Shown here one piece after another: positions 37,940 through 46,378 of a stretch of DNA of 64,000 nucleotides. The translations under genes and the position numbers were made by a program. The DNA comes from Escherichia phage EC.P2. Every line of letters starts with the position of its first letter. Positions within the stretch are counted from its first letter, which is position 1. Where the stretch lies: sequence record PQ631072.1; one strand, given 5' to 3'. The notes under the pieces were generated by a model. The model did not search any database, was not told where the DNA came from, and was given only the letters and a program-made list of their open reading frames with translations.

Positions 37940-38172
37940 TACACATTCTCCTCTTTTACCAATTCCATCGTTGAACTATCAAAACCATCTTTAGAAGAAT
38001 AGGTATAGACAGAACGTAGTTCTCGCAGGACAGTAAATACATTAGGATCATCTAACCAAGCATCCTGGAGGAGAACATAACGATCTTCATTGTCATACTG
38101 GACAGCAATCATAGAACCAGACAGTTTGTAAATTTTAATATTCATAATATATTTCTCCTTAAAGTAGACCAC
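37939..38172 (-). CDS. hypothetical small protein
   Basis: 77 aa. Confidence 0.35.
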   Translation of the reverse strand: MVYFKEKYIMNIKIYKLSGSMIAVQYDNEDRYVLLQDAWLDDPNVFTVLRELRSVYTYSSKDGFDSSTMELVKEENV

Positions 38173-39262
38173 GTTTAACAGTTTGAATCATACCATCTTC
38201 AAGAGATTGCACTTCTTGAATGTAATCAATACGAGCAGCACGGGCTTCAGTGTTGATTCGGTTAGTTTCTTCCAACATTTTAACTAAGTTTTCTTGATCG
38301 CGACGTAATGTTTCAATATCCAATACTTGACGATTAGCAAGTTGCGTAGCTTCAATTTGGTTTTGTGCAGCCAGATCACTACCCATTGCAATAGCAGCAT
38401 TAAATTCATTCAGTACATTGTTCTGTGTATCGGCTGCTTTCTTCTGGCGTAGACTTTCAATATACATAGAAAAGTTTGCAGAGTAAGCAGGAATAACATT
38501 ATTCACAATATTACGGGCTGATCGCATCAAACTTGCAGATACTTTCTGCATACTTTGTACACGTGGCCCCATCTGAACACACAGTAAACGCAAGGCTTTC
38601 AGGTCTGCAATACGAATTTCAAGCAGATCCATAGTATCACGAGTACGTTGACGCTCTTCTACTTCATTTTCAGGTAGTGTATTAAGGCGAACTTCTTCTT
38701 TTTCATAAGTAGCTGTTAGAAGCTCTATATCCCTGTTTAAGCTAAGAGCATATTTTGCAATAGCCTCTTCTAAACGTTGCAGATATCGTAAAGAATCTTC
38801 TTCTTTTTTCAAGTCTGTTTGGAGTGTCTTTACCAAACCTTCAATACGATTATTGATGGTGTCAAATTCACCAAACAAATCTTCTTTCATACCTAATACT
38901 TTCTTAACTAGTTTACCTAAGCCTTTAGATTGTTTAATAGAATTAGGATCAAGTTGCTTTGCTTGCTTAATAAGTGCAGTTAAACGCTCACTCATTTCAT
39001 CTCCCTGAGATGAACGCTGGTGTTTAAGCACTTCCGCATTAAGGTTACGAAGAGTAAGTCCTGCATCAGCACCAACCTGTTCAATCTCTTCACGAGACAT
39101 TGGAGGCAGCATTTGTACAGGTCGTGCAACAGCAGGGGCATATACAGGGCTTGCATCCATAGCAGTTGGAGCAAACAAAGACTTACTTTTTTCTGTTGTT
39201 GCCGTGAATACACTCATTTCAGACGGTTTGCTTTTTACGGCACTGATAAAAGGACTGGACAT
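38159..39262 (-). CDS. telA: TelA-like (toxic anion resistance family) protein
   Basis: 367 aa, long helical/coiled-coil protein of TelA size and composition; GGAGGA RBS; sits between TerD/vWA and TerC. Confidence 0.5.
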   Translation of the reverse strand: MSSPFISAVKSKPSEMSVFTATTEKSKSLFAPTAMDASPVYAPAVARPVQMLPPMSREEIEQVGADAGLTLRNLNAEVLKHQRSSQGDEMSERLTALIKQAKQLDPNSIKQSKGLGKLVKKVLGMKEDLFGEFDTINNRIEGLVKTLQTDLKKEEDSLRYLQRLEEAIAKYALSLNRDIELLTATYEKEEVRLNTLPENEVEERQRTRDTMDLLEIRIADLKALRLLCVQMGPRVQSMQKVSASLMRSARNIVNNVIPAYSANFSMYIESLRQKKAADTQNNVLNEFNAAIAMGSDLAAQNQIEATQLANRQVLDIETLRRDQENLVKMLEETNRINTEARAARIDYIQEVQSLEDGMIQTVKRGLL

Positions 39263-39330
39263 TCAATTTCCTCCATATTCTTTAGTAGATGGTGATACCT
39301 CTGTACCACCATCATAACACAAATTAAGTA

Positions 39331-40182
39331 TTAAACAAACATATCTAAATAATTTGTAGTAATAAATGCTCCATCTGCTTCCAGATTAACATAACCAGTA
39401 GCATTAGTGGTTAAGAAATCCAGATCGAAGGACTCTTTAACACCCCGTACCTCAACACGAGAGATATCGAATACAGGTAGTGTAACAGCCTCTTCGTGCA
39501 ATACCGTACCTTTGTAGGTTGCCTTAATGATAAACTTGATATTACCCGTTCCCGCATCATACAAAACACTTTCAAAGCCTTTGAGAGTATACTTATCACC
39601 AGAGGTGAAGTGCAAAGTTGCTTTGTTTACAGTACGTTTTTTACGAGGAGTTCCTTTCACACGTTTATGATCACTACGTTTTTTGTATTTAGGAATGAAT
39701 ACAAACGATACACTCTCAAGAAAAGTATCAACATCAAGGATTTTAATATCCTCTGTTGCAGCAAATTTTGAAGTCGTTGCATCAAAATGCTTTGCTCTGC
39801 GATCATACATAAAGATATCAAACCGATCTTCTAAATCAAACAAATTGTGTATCTTAATTTCAGAATGCTTGCACATTGCAGCAACCTTAAACTCTTCAAA
39901 ACGTGGGTGTTCTACAAGCTCTTCAAGTTTTACACCAAAGACAGTATATTGTTTCGAAGTTTTTTCTGGCGTTGGCATTACAGAAGCATAATCACCGATT
40001 GCGCTTTTAAAGCAAAATTGTTCTTGACCTGTATTTTTACCAACGAATTTACAGTATTCGTCATCGTGCATACTTTCTTTGGTAGTACCAACAAACTCAA
40101 AACCATCTTTATTCTTCTCAAGAATTTCTTGATTAAAGATCCAACCTTCCAGGCGATACACTTTACCAACTTCTAGTTTCAT
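39331..40182 (-). CDS. hypothetical protein
   Basis: 283 aa ORF between TelA-like and lipoprotein genes. Confidence 0.4.
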   Translation of the reverse strand: MKLEVGKVYRLEGWIFNQEILEKNKDGFEFVGTTKESMHDDEYCKFVGKNTGQEQFCFKSAIGDYASVMPTPEKTSKQYTVFGVKLEELVEHPRFEEFKVAAMCKHSEIKIHNLFDLEDRFDIFMYDRRAKHFDATTSKFAATEDIKILDVDTFLESVSFVFIPKYKKRSDHKRVKGTPRKKRTVNKATLHFTSGDKYTLKGFESVLYDAGTGNIKFIIKATYKGTVLHEEAVTLPVFDISRVEVRGVKESFDLDFLTTNATGYVNLEADGAFITTNYLDMFV

Positions 40183-40217
40183 CTGTTTCTCCTTCTTATT
40201 TAATCTGTATTAAATTA

Positions 40218-40808
40218 TTAACGACGACGTGAGCTACTAAAACTACGTTTCGACGAAGAATAACTTTTCGAAGACTTACTATAAGAGCTAATAGGGCTTG
40301 AGTAAGACTTACGAGCAGAGTAATTACTATTCACTTTTGTTGTTGATGGGCGTGAATACGTTTGTACACTTTGCTGCTTAATTGTGTTTTGTTTAGTGGT
40401 TGTATATGTATTCCCTTGTTTATCATAAAAACTATGCTTTTGTGTTGTATATGCTTTACTATTAGTTGTAGGAGCAGCGTTGTTATTGATAATTGTTGTA
40501 TTGCTACCGCCATCTCTATAACCACCACCGCCACTATTACCACTCAACATATGACCAAGAAGCATACCTGTAGCAAATTCACCTACACCAGAAGAACCAC
40601 TGCCGCCTCCTTGCACAACAACTGTTGAAGGTTGTGCAGGTGCTGCTTGAACAACTTGAGGTGCAGGTTGATTTACATATTGTTCATCTACCATCTGATT
40701 TGGTGTTTGTTGGTAACGTTGGTTTTGTACATTTTCAGAATCATCACAACCTACCAGCAATGCACTACCTAATACAACTGCAACAATAAAAGATTTAATG
40801 TTTTTCAT
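40218..40808 (-). CDS. lipoprotein with glycine-zipper segment
   Basis: Track ORF 40218..40823; ATG at 40808 (MKNIKSFIVAVVLGSALLVGC) gives signal peptide with lipobox LVGC; GGGSGSSGVGEFATGMLLGHMLSGNSGGGG; Ser/Tyr/Lys-rich C-terminus ending RRR. Confidence 0.5.
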   Translation of the reverse strand: MKNIKSFIVAVVLGSALLVGCDDSENVQNQRYQQTPNQMVDEQYVNQPAPQVVQAAPAQPSTVVVQGGGSGSSGVGEFATGMLLGHMLSGNSGGGGYRDGGSNTTIINNNAAPTTNSKAYTTQKHSFYDKQGNTYTTTKQNTIKQQSVQTYSRPSTTKVNSNYSARKSYSSPISSYSKSSKSYSSSKRSFSSSRRR

Positions 40809-41001
40809 TTGTAACCCTCTCATTTAAAGTCTCAACACAATTTTTAAAATCTCTAGAGAAACAATACATCTGTTCTCCGTTCCTGTTGATAGTAATTGTA
40901 TGGTTATCAACATATGTTGTCAAGATAAAAATCAAACAAAATAACCCTAAAGCAAAACAAATATTTTCAAACAGAATCCAAAGAACACGTAAAACCACCA
41001 T
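40795..41001 (-). CDS. small hydrophobic protein
   Basis: 68 aa, one TM helix. Confidence 0.3.
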   Translation of the reverse strand: MVVLRVLWILFENICFALGLFCLIFILTTYVDNHTITINRNGEQMYCFSRDFKNCVETLNERVTNEKH

Positions 41002-41015
41002 CAGATCACCTCAAC

Positions 41016-41034
41016 AAAGCCCCCGAAGGGGCTT
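41016..41034 (-). terminator. hairpin terminator after TerC gene
   Basis: AGCCCCCGAAGGGGCT palindrome just below TerC stop. Confidence 0.5.
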
Positions 41035-41040
41035 AATGAA

Positions 41041-42018
41041 TTAAGCAACAGTCTGGTCTTCTTTTTCAGGGAAGATTAAACTTGCAATAACACCCAGCCC
41101 CAGAGTACCTAACACAATATACATACTGATCGTCGGATCAATGTGTGCTGGCAGGAAACTCACTTTTGCGTGCAGAGTTTCTGCAAACGGGTGATACATC
41201 AGTTTTACACCCACAAATACCAGGACTACGATAACTGCTTTCTCCAGATGAACCAAATATTTCAGTGCAACACTAAGGACAAAGAACAGAGCACGTAGAC
41301 CTAAAATTGCACACAGCATTGAAGAAAATACAAGCAGAGGTTCTTGTGTCACTGCAATTACTGCTGGAACAGAGTCTACTGCAAAGATTACGTCAACCAT
41401 TTCCATTACAAACACACAAACCAATGCAGGAGTTGCTACACGAACACCATTTTTGATTGTGAAGAACTTCTCACCATCCATCTGATCAGATACAGGGAAC
41501 AGCTTACGAACAATGCGAGTAGCCCAGTGTTTAGAGTAATCAACTTCTGCGTCATTATCTCCAGCGAATACCATTTTAGCTGCGCAGAAAAGGATGACCG
41601 CACCGAAGAAGATATTAACATACCAGCCCAAACTCAACAAGTAAGTACCTACTGCTACAAACACACCTCGGAAGACAATCGCACCTGCAATACCCCAAAG
41701 TAGAATCTTGTGCTGCAAGTGTGTGCTTTTAATACCAAAACTTGCGAATACTGCCACAAATACTACTAAGTTATCTACAGAAAGAGATTTCTCCAACACA
41801 TACCCACTCAAGAACAAGCTCGCAAAATCAGCACCGTGTTGGAAGTATACAAAACCATAGTAGGCTAATGATACCCCAATCCAGAAAATTGACCAGCCAA
41901 TTGCAGATTTAAATGAAATTTCTTTGTTTTCTCTGTGTCCAAAGAAATCAATACAAATCGACAAGACTAAAATACCCACTAAAACAACCACATCAATAAT
42001 TGGGAAACCCAGTTGCAT
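41041..42018 (-). CDS. terC: TerC-family integral membrane protein
   Basis: 325 aa, multiple TM helices, conserved acidic/Asn motifs (LSVDNLVVF; AVDSVPAVIAVTQEP); GAGGAG RBS. Confidence 0.7.
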   Translation of the reverse strand: MQLGFPIIDVVVLVGILVLSICIDFFGHRENKEISFKSAIGWSIFWIGVSLAYYGFVYFQHGADFASLFLSGYVLEKSLSVDNLVVFVAVFASFGIKSTHLQHKILLWGIAGAIVFRGVFVAVGTYLLSLGWYVNIFFGAVILFCAAKMVFAGDNDAEVDYSKHWATRIVRKLFPVSDQMDGEKFFTIKNGVRVATPALVCVFVMEMVDVIFAVDSVPAVIAVTQEPLLVFSSMLCAILGLRALFFVLSVALKYLVHLEKAVIVVLVFVGVKLMYHPFAETLHAKVSFLPAHIDPTISMYIVLGTLGLGVIASLIFPEKEDQTVA

Positions 42019-42036
42019 TCTTTTCTCCTCTTTAAT

Positions 42037-42055
42037 GCGGAGGACAATCCTCCGC
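42037..42055 (-). promoter_or_regulatory. GC hairpin immediately upstream of TerC RBS
   Basis: GCGGAGG-ACAAT-CCTCCGC; on minus strand lies between upstream gene stop and TerC Shine-Dalgarno, no T-tract. Confidence 0.3.
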
Positions 42056-42095
42056 TCTATGTCGTATACTATAAACTGTTTTTAAAGAAAGTCAA

Positions 42096-42344
42096 CTAGT
42101 TCAGTTCTGTAATTTTAAGTTTATCTTCTTTGTTAATGATAGGGAAAGCTACAGCATCACCTACATCATCAATAAAGCAAACAGCAAGACCACCTTCCAC
42201 TTTGCTAACCTGACCATTAAAGGCGTGATACGGGGCAGGAACAATATCTCCATCTTCAAGGAGAATAGCCTCATAAACCTTACCAACAGTACAATCACGA
42301 GTGTTTATAAATTTTTCAAGCACTTCAACATTTACTTTACGCAT
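42096..42344 (-). CDS. hypothetical small protein
   Basis: 82 aa. Confidence 0.4.
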   Translation of the reverse strand: MRKVNVEVLEKFINTRDCTVGKVYEAILLEDGDIVPAPYHAFNGQVSKVEGGLAVCFIDDVGDAVAFPIINKEDKLKITELN

Positions 42345-42358
42345 ATAAAGATCCTCTC

Positions 42359-42565
42359 TTATTTGTTAGATTGAAAGATACCACGAAGTACCGCAAGAAT
42401 GAACGTCACACAGACTACACTCCAAAACGTTACAGGAACATGATGCCAGTCTAAGCCGATAATGTCAATCATATAGTTGTATGCTAAAAGCAGTAGCCAA
42501 CTAGGGATTAACACAATCAAGAACACAACAATAAAACAACCTAATACTGCTAAAACACCTGCCAT
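42359..42565 (-). CDS. small membrane protein
   Basis: 68 aa, two TM helices. Confidence 0.4.
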   Translation of the reverse strand: MAGVLAVLGCFIVVFLIVLIPSWLLLLAYNYMIDIIGLDWHHVPVTFWSVVCVTFILAVLRGIFQSNK

Positions 42566-42574
42566 ACTTTCTCC

Positions 42575-43291
42575 TTATTTCAGTTTGTAAACAATTACAT
42601 TTAAACCTTTGTTCACTAGAGTTTCTTCGATCATAAGTTTTACAATATTCCAAGAACCTCCAGCCAAACCACAACCAAGCATTGGTAAACCTACAATTTT
42701 ACCGCCTGAAGATACAACATCGTCTCCCATACTATCTAACGCATTGTAGATAGCTTCATAATTCAGGTCACGCTTACCTTCCTCACGACGACTATAACCA
42801 TATTGTCCATATAAATTATAAATTGTCAAATTGTTTTCTGTATACTTAGTAAACGTACCTAATTTTTTATAATCACCACGTTTAGTGGCACAATCTGCTT
42901 TAAACGCACCAGGCCACTTGCTTTTAATTTTTGGTGCAATACCACTACCCATAGTGCAAAAACAGTTACAGCAGTGTGCTATAGCGTCTATATCGCCTCT
43001 CTCTGCTGCTGCTAAAAGATCACCGTATACCTCAATGATACCTGGTGGATAACTTGTTACAATCTCATCTTCCCAGTACATTTGCTCTACACCACCGATC
43101 AGTGCAAAGTTTTGTGTGATGCGATCATCAATATAATTAAGACCTGAAACATACACAGCATATTCATCCTGTGCTGTAATGCCTTGTACACGAATTCTTA
43201 AGACACCATCTTTATCTGTTGCTACACGCCCAAAATCTTTTTCTGTAATATTGGTGATAGGATCTCCGAAAGTCGTCACTTTATTAGACAT
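42575..43291 (-). CDS. macro-domain protein (TARG1/OARD1/DarG-like ADP-ribose hydrolase fold) with N-terminal extra domain
   Basis: Track start is TTG at 43408 inside PRTase gene; ATG at 43291 (MSNKVTTFG) overlaps PRTase stop by 8 nt. C-terminal half AHCCNCFCTMGSGIAPKIKSKWP ... LPMLGCGLAGGSWNIVKLMIEETL ... VIVYKL parallels TARG1 (AHCISEDCRMGAGIA ... [24 protein letters not shown] ... ITVYTL). Confidence 0.7.
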   Translation of the reverse strand: MSNKVTTFGDPITNITEKDFGRVATDKDGVLRIRVQGITAQDEYAVYVSGLNYIDDRITQNFALIGGVEQMYWEDEIVTSYPPGIIEVYGDLLAAAERGDIDAIAHCCNCFCTMGSGIAPKIKSKWPGAFKADCATKRGDYKKLGTFTKYTENNLTIYNLYGQYGYSRREEGKRDLNYEAIYNALDSMGDDVVSSGGKIVGLPMLGCGLAGGSWNIVKLMIEETLVNKGLNVIVYKLK

Positions 43292-44141
43292 AATAATCCC
43301 CTTTAACATTAGATTTGTTGATAATGTTGCTTTCAAAAAATTGACGCAGGAAATCAAAGTTCTCTTTGTATTTTTCAATATTATTGTAACCTTCTGCAAG
43401 GCAACCAAAGAACAGTTGTTCTACATAATACAAAGGAAGTTGTGAAAGTGCAATTTTAAAATCAACTTCGCTTTGACTCATTAGATACTTAATAGGACGA
43501 ACCAAACATTTAGCATCAGTTTCTTGCTTAATCATTTTAATAAAAGCTGCCAGGTTATTGATATAGTTGAAGTTAAGTGCAGCTTCGGTGTTGGCTTCTG
43601 TACCTTCATACTTTGCAAAGTACAGGAAAAACGTATCGTTTTCAACACCTTCTTTGTCTAAAATTTCAATAAGTTTTTCTTCGTGTGTTCCTGTAATATT
43701 AACATCATCAATGAAAATCAGAGTTTTATTACCCCAGAAATCACGATTGATAGAGAAAGTGTCACCATCGATCAAAGCCTTACGATCTTCTTTGCTAAGA
43801 AATCCATAATCATTGATATAACTCACTTTACGATGAACGATATCCCACTCTACTGCTTTACCTCCTTTGATAGAGATTAGGTAGTTGAGGTGATCTACAA
43901 AATGTTCAGATAACACTGTAGCTGCATTTTTCACATAGTTATATGGAGATGGAATAACAACAAAACTTTCATTTACTAGTCGTTCTTCATATTTAGAAAA
44001 GAAACTTTCAGCTAGAATGCGTCCCATTCTTTTTGCTGCCTGGTTACTACCAAACTTTAGTTTGGAATAATCTGCAATGTTAAATTTTGCTTCCTTCAGG
44101 TTAGTAAAAGTATTAGCAAAATGTTGAATTTGATTACGCAT
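43284..44141 (-). CDS. phosphoribosyltransferase (type I PRTase fold)
   Basis: 285 aa; PRPP-binding motif TLIFIDDVNITGTHEE; ATG with AGAGGA RBS; stop/start overlaps with both neighbours. Confidence 0.65.
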   Translation of the reverse strand: MRNQIQHFANTFTNLKEAKFNIADYSKLKFGSNQAAKRMGRILAESFFSKYEERLVNESFVVIPSPYNYVKNAATVLSEHFVDHLNYLISIKGGKAVEWDIVHRKVSYINDYGFLSKEDRKALIDGDTFSINRDFWGNKTLIFIDDVNITGTHEEKLIEILDKEGVENDTFFLYFAKYEGTEANTEAALNFNYINNLAAFIKMIKQETDAKCLVRPIKYLMSQSEVDFKIALSQLPLYYVEQLFFGCLAEGYNNIEKYKENFDFLRQFFESNIINKSNVKGDYYV

Positions 44142-44790
44142 TAATAAGTTCCTCTTTTTTAAGTTTAGCCAACAAGTCTTCTGGATTAATAATATGACAG
44201 AACTTCATCCCTATGTCAACAGCTTTTCCATCATAAATCAAACTATCTCCAACGTGTAAAATCTCCTCTGGTGCGAGATCAAACGTTACCATTTCATCAA
44301 AAGAGAGTTTAAAAAACCTAGGATCTGGTTTACACAAGCAAAACTCATCAGAAAAATGCATAAAGTCAAATGGTAATTTTGTTAAGCCAGAATATACAGC
44401 TAAGAAACTACCTGGTACAAAATTAGTATTGCTCTTAATACTCAAAGAATAGGTTGAACTTAGCTCTTCCAACTTCTTGCAAAGCTCAGGGTTCAATATT
44501 GGAGGATGTTTTATAAACATTGCTAAACAGTCTCTTTTTAACCCATCTACTTTATCAAGATCAATGTTCAAACGAGCAGAGAGTGTTTCCCAAGCATTCC
44601 TAGACGTTCCACAAATGCCTTTTTCTGCTTTTAAATCCAGGAGAGTTTTTACCTCTTTATATACGGTAGCTGCTTCTGCTTCAGAACAAGAGGCATACTC
44701 GGCAATAACCTTGTTGCGTTCTTCTGCATACAAAGGATTAGCAGTAATAAGAGTATTCCATACATCAAAAGAAATATGCTTAACAGTCAT
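44134..44790 (-). CDS. HAD-superfamily phosphatase
   Basis: Track start TTG at 44808; ATG at 44790 with GGAGGA RBS gives MTVKHISFDVWNTL (HAD motif I DxxxT); later HVGDSLIYDGKA (motif IV-like). Confidence 0.6.
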   Translation of the reverse strand: MTVKHISFDVWNTLITANPLYAEERNKVIAEYASCSEAEAATVYKEVKTLLDLKAEKGICGTSRNAWETLSARLNIDLDKVDGLKRDCLAMFIKHPPILNPELCKKLEELSSTYSLSIKSNTNFVPGSFLAVYSGLTKLPFDFMHFSDEFCLCKPDPRFFKLSFDEMVTFDLAPEEILHVGDSLIYDGKAVDIGMKFCHIINPEDLLAKLKKEELINA

Positions 44791-44792
44791 TT

Positions 44793-44948
44793 TTAATCCT
44801 CCGTCCAAAAGAATATCATCTGCTTAATTTTATTGATCTCTTGATGTAGTAACTTTCCAGCATGTGATTGATCTTTAATATTGACAGCAAGAATTTCAAG
44901 CTCCGTTAGTTTTTCCTGGATAGCTTTATATTCATCATCTGTAAGCAT
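44793..44948 (-). CDS. hypothetical small protein (below ORF-track cutoff)
   Basis: 51-codon ORF found by hand (MLTDDEYKAIQEKLTELEIL...); weak RBS; stop overlaps HAD RBS. Confidence 0.3.
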   Translation of the reverse strand: MLTDDEYKAIQEKLTELEILAVNIKDQSHAGKLLHQEINKIKQMIFFWTED

Positions 44949-44959
44949 TTTCTTCCCCT

Positions 44960-45163
44960 TTAGAATGGTAATCTTTGTATGTCACTTAGCCCCACACCCA
45001 GAAGTCTAGCAATATCCTTATCTAAAAGCAACTCTTTTTGTTCTAAAATGTTAATCAAATCTCCTAATACTTCTTTAATGTCACGATCATTTTTAGCAAC
45101 GTGACCACCTGCGGTATCAACTTTATCTTTAAAAACAAAATAATGATCCATAATACCCTCCAT
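44960..45163 (-). CDS. hypothetical small protein
   Basis: 67 aa ORF after terminator hairpin. Confidence 0.4.
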   Translation of the reverse strand: MEGIMDHYFVFKDKVDTAGGHVAKNDRDIKEVLGDLINILEQKELLLDKDIARLLGVGLSDIQRLPF

Positions 45164-45170
45164 ATAAATA

Positions 45171-45192
45171 AAGGAGGCTTTCGCCTCCTTTT
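45171..45192 (-). terminator. rho-independent terminator after AAA+ ATPase gene
   Basis: AAAGGAGGCTTTCGCCTCCTTTT; T-run on minus strand. Confidence 0.6.
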
Positions 45193-45197
45193 ATCAC

Positions 45198-46358
45198 TTA
45201 GTAAGAACGACCACCAAACACATACTCTGTGTAGTTTTTACGTTCTTTGTTTTTAATAACAACTTCAATGTTGTTACCTTTATCATCGGTGAACATAAAG
45301 TGATAACCGTCACCACCCATTGTACGAATGTGTTTTTCATCATACGTTAGCAAGATACGGTCTACACCCCAGTAGTAGTCACCTTCTTCATCTTTATCTT
45401 CCACAGTAACGATCCCTTCCATTTCAGGAAGATGCTCTTCTCCTGACTTATGATCTACAGCTACAACATAACGATTACCGCTAAACAAACCTTGTGCTGT
45501 CATACCGTCAATATCGGTATCTGACGAAACATCTCCTGTACGATCTACACCGTTAACTTTCAGAAGTTTAACTTCTTTTGCAGCATAGCGGTGTTCAGTA
45601 ATACTGATACCCATTAATGCAAGTGCATCAGAGAATTTGTCATTAGGGTAACGGTTAAGTTCTTCTACTAATGACTGAACAATATCAAAGTTCAAGTCCA
45701 CGGAAAGATTATAAAGCGTTTCAAAATCTGGCAAGAAGGCTTTGTTCTCCAGATTTTTAGCCAGATAATCATCCATAGTAGCTTTAGGTAGTTTCTTATA
45801 GCTAAAACTGTAGAAAATACGGCTAGGACGATTACGCAAAAATTCTGATACATAACCATCATTTTTAGTCAATACAAACAGCTTGTCATAACCACCAACA
45901 CCATCCAGCAGGGTAAGCAAACCATCTTGTGCATCTTTTTCAGCATACAGTTTATCAAATTCATCGATCATAATCATCACAGGTTGTGTGATTTTAGACA
46001 TAAAATTGATAAAGCCTTCACCATTAAAAGCACTACCGATAGAAATAGTAGGAATACCCATTTCACGAAGAGCAGAAGACAGCATTTTAGCTTGCAAAGT
46101 TTTACCGCTACCTTTCGTACCCTCAAGGAGAACACCTGTGTTTTTACCTTTGCGGCTAAGGAACGTCTTGATAATACGTTCTGATTTATCATCAGTATCA
46201 CCGTATGTTACTGAAGGGACTTCCATATCATTTTTAGGATACAGGAAGAACTCACCACTTTGAGTAACACCTACACCAAAAGTTCCTGCTGGGATTTCTT
46301 CAATATCTGTACCAGATTTCTGACGCAGGAAGATTTGATTGCCGAATACTGTAAACAT
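45198..46358 (-). CDS. AAA+/P-loop ATPase (paralogue A)
   Basis: 386 aa; Walker A GTKGSGKT, Walker B IMIDEFDK; clear paralogue of 61376..62503. Confidence 0.65.
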   Translation of the reverse strand: MFTVFGNQIFLRQKSGTDIEEIPAGTFGVGVTQSGEFFLYPKNDMEVPSVTYGDTDDKSERIIKTFLSRKGKNTGVLLEGTKGSGKTLQAKMLSSALREMGIPTISIGSAFNGEGFINFMSKITQPVMIMIDEFDKLYAEKDAQDGLLTLLDGVGGYDKLFVLTKNDGYVSEFLRNRPSRIFYSFSYKKLPKATMDDYLAKNLENKAFLPDFETLYNLSVDLNFDIVQSLVEELNRYPNDKFSDALALMGISITEHRYAAKEVKLLKVNGVDRTGDVSSDTDIDGMTAQGLFSGNRYVVAVDHKSGEEHLPEMEGIVTVEDKDEEGDYYWGVDRILLTYDEKHIRTMGGDGYHFMFTDDKGNNIEVVIKNKERKNYTEYVFGGRSY

Positions 46359-46378
46359 AGTTTTCTCCTCTATTTAAT

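Noticed and set aside
35448-42018. Literal tellurite-resistance function for the Ter genes
   Set aside because: The names are historical; nothing in the sequence indicates tellurite handling and a lytic phage is unlikely to benefit from it. Treated as a membrane/stress or anti-defence module of unknown function.
43408-43408. N-terminal extensions from TTG/GTG or upstream ATG starts for ORFs 42575..43408, 44134..44808, 50981..53794, 54780..55220, 55123..55533, 56695..56997, 27794..28318, 59856..60467
   Set aside because: Extended starts overlap the upstream gene by 40-120 nt and lack a Shine-Dalgarno, whereas an internal ATG has a good RBS. TTG starts were kept where supported (nrdG, SleB-like).
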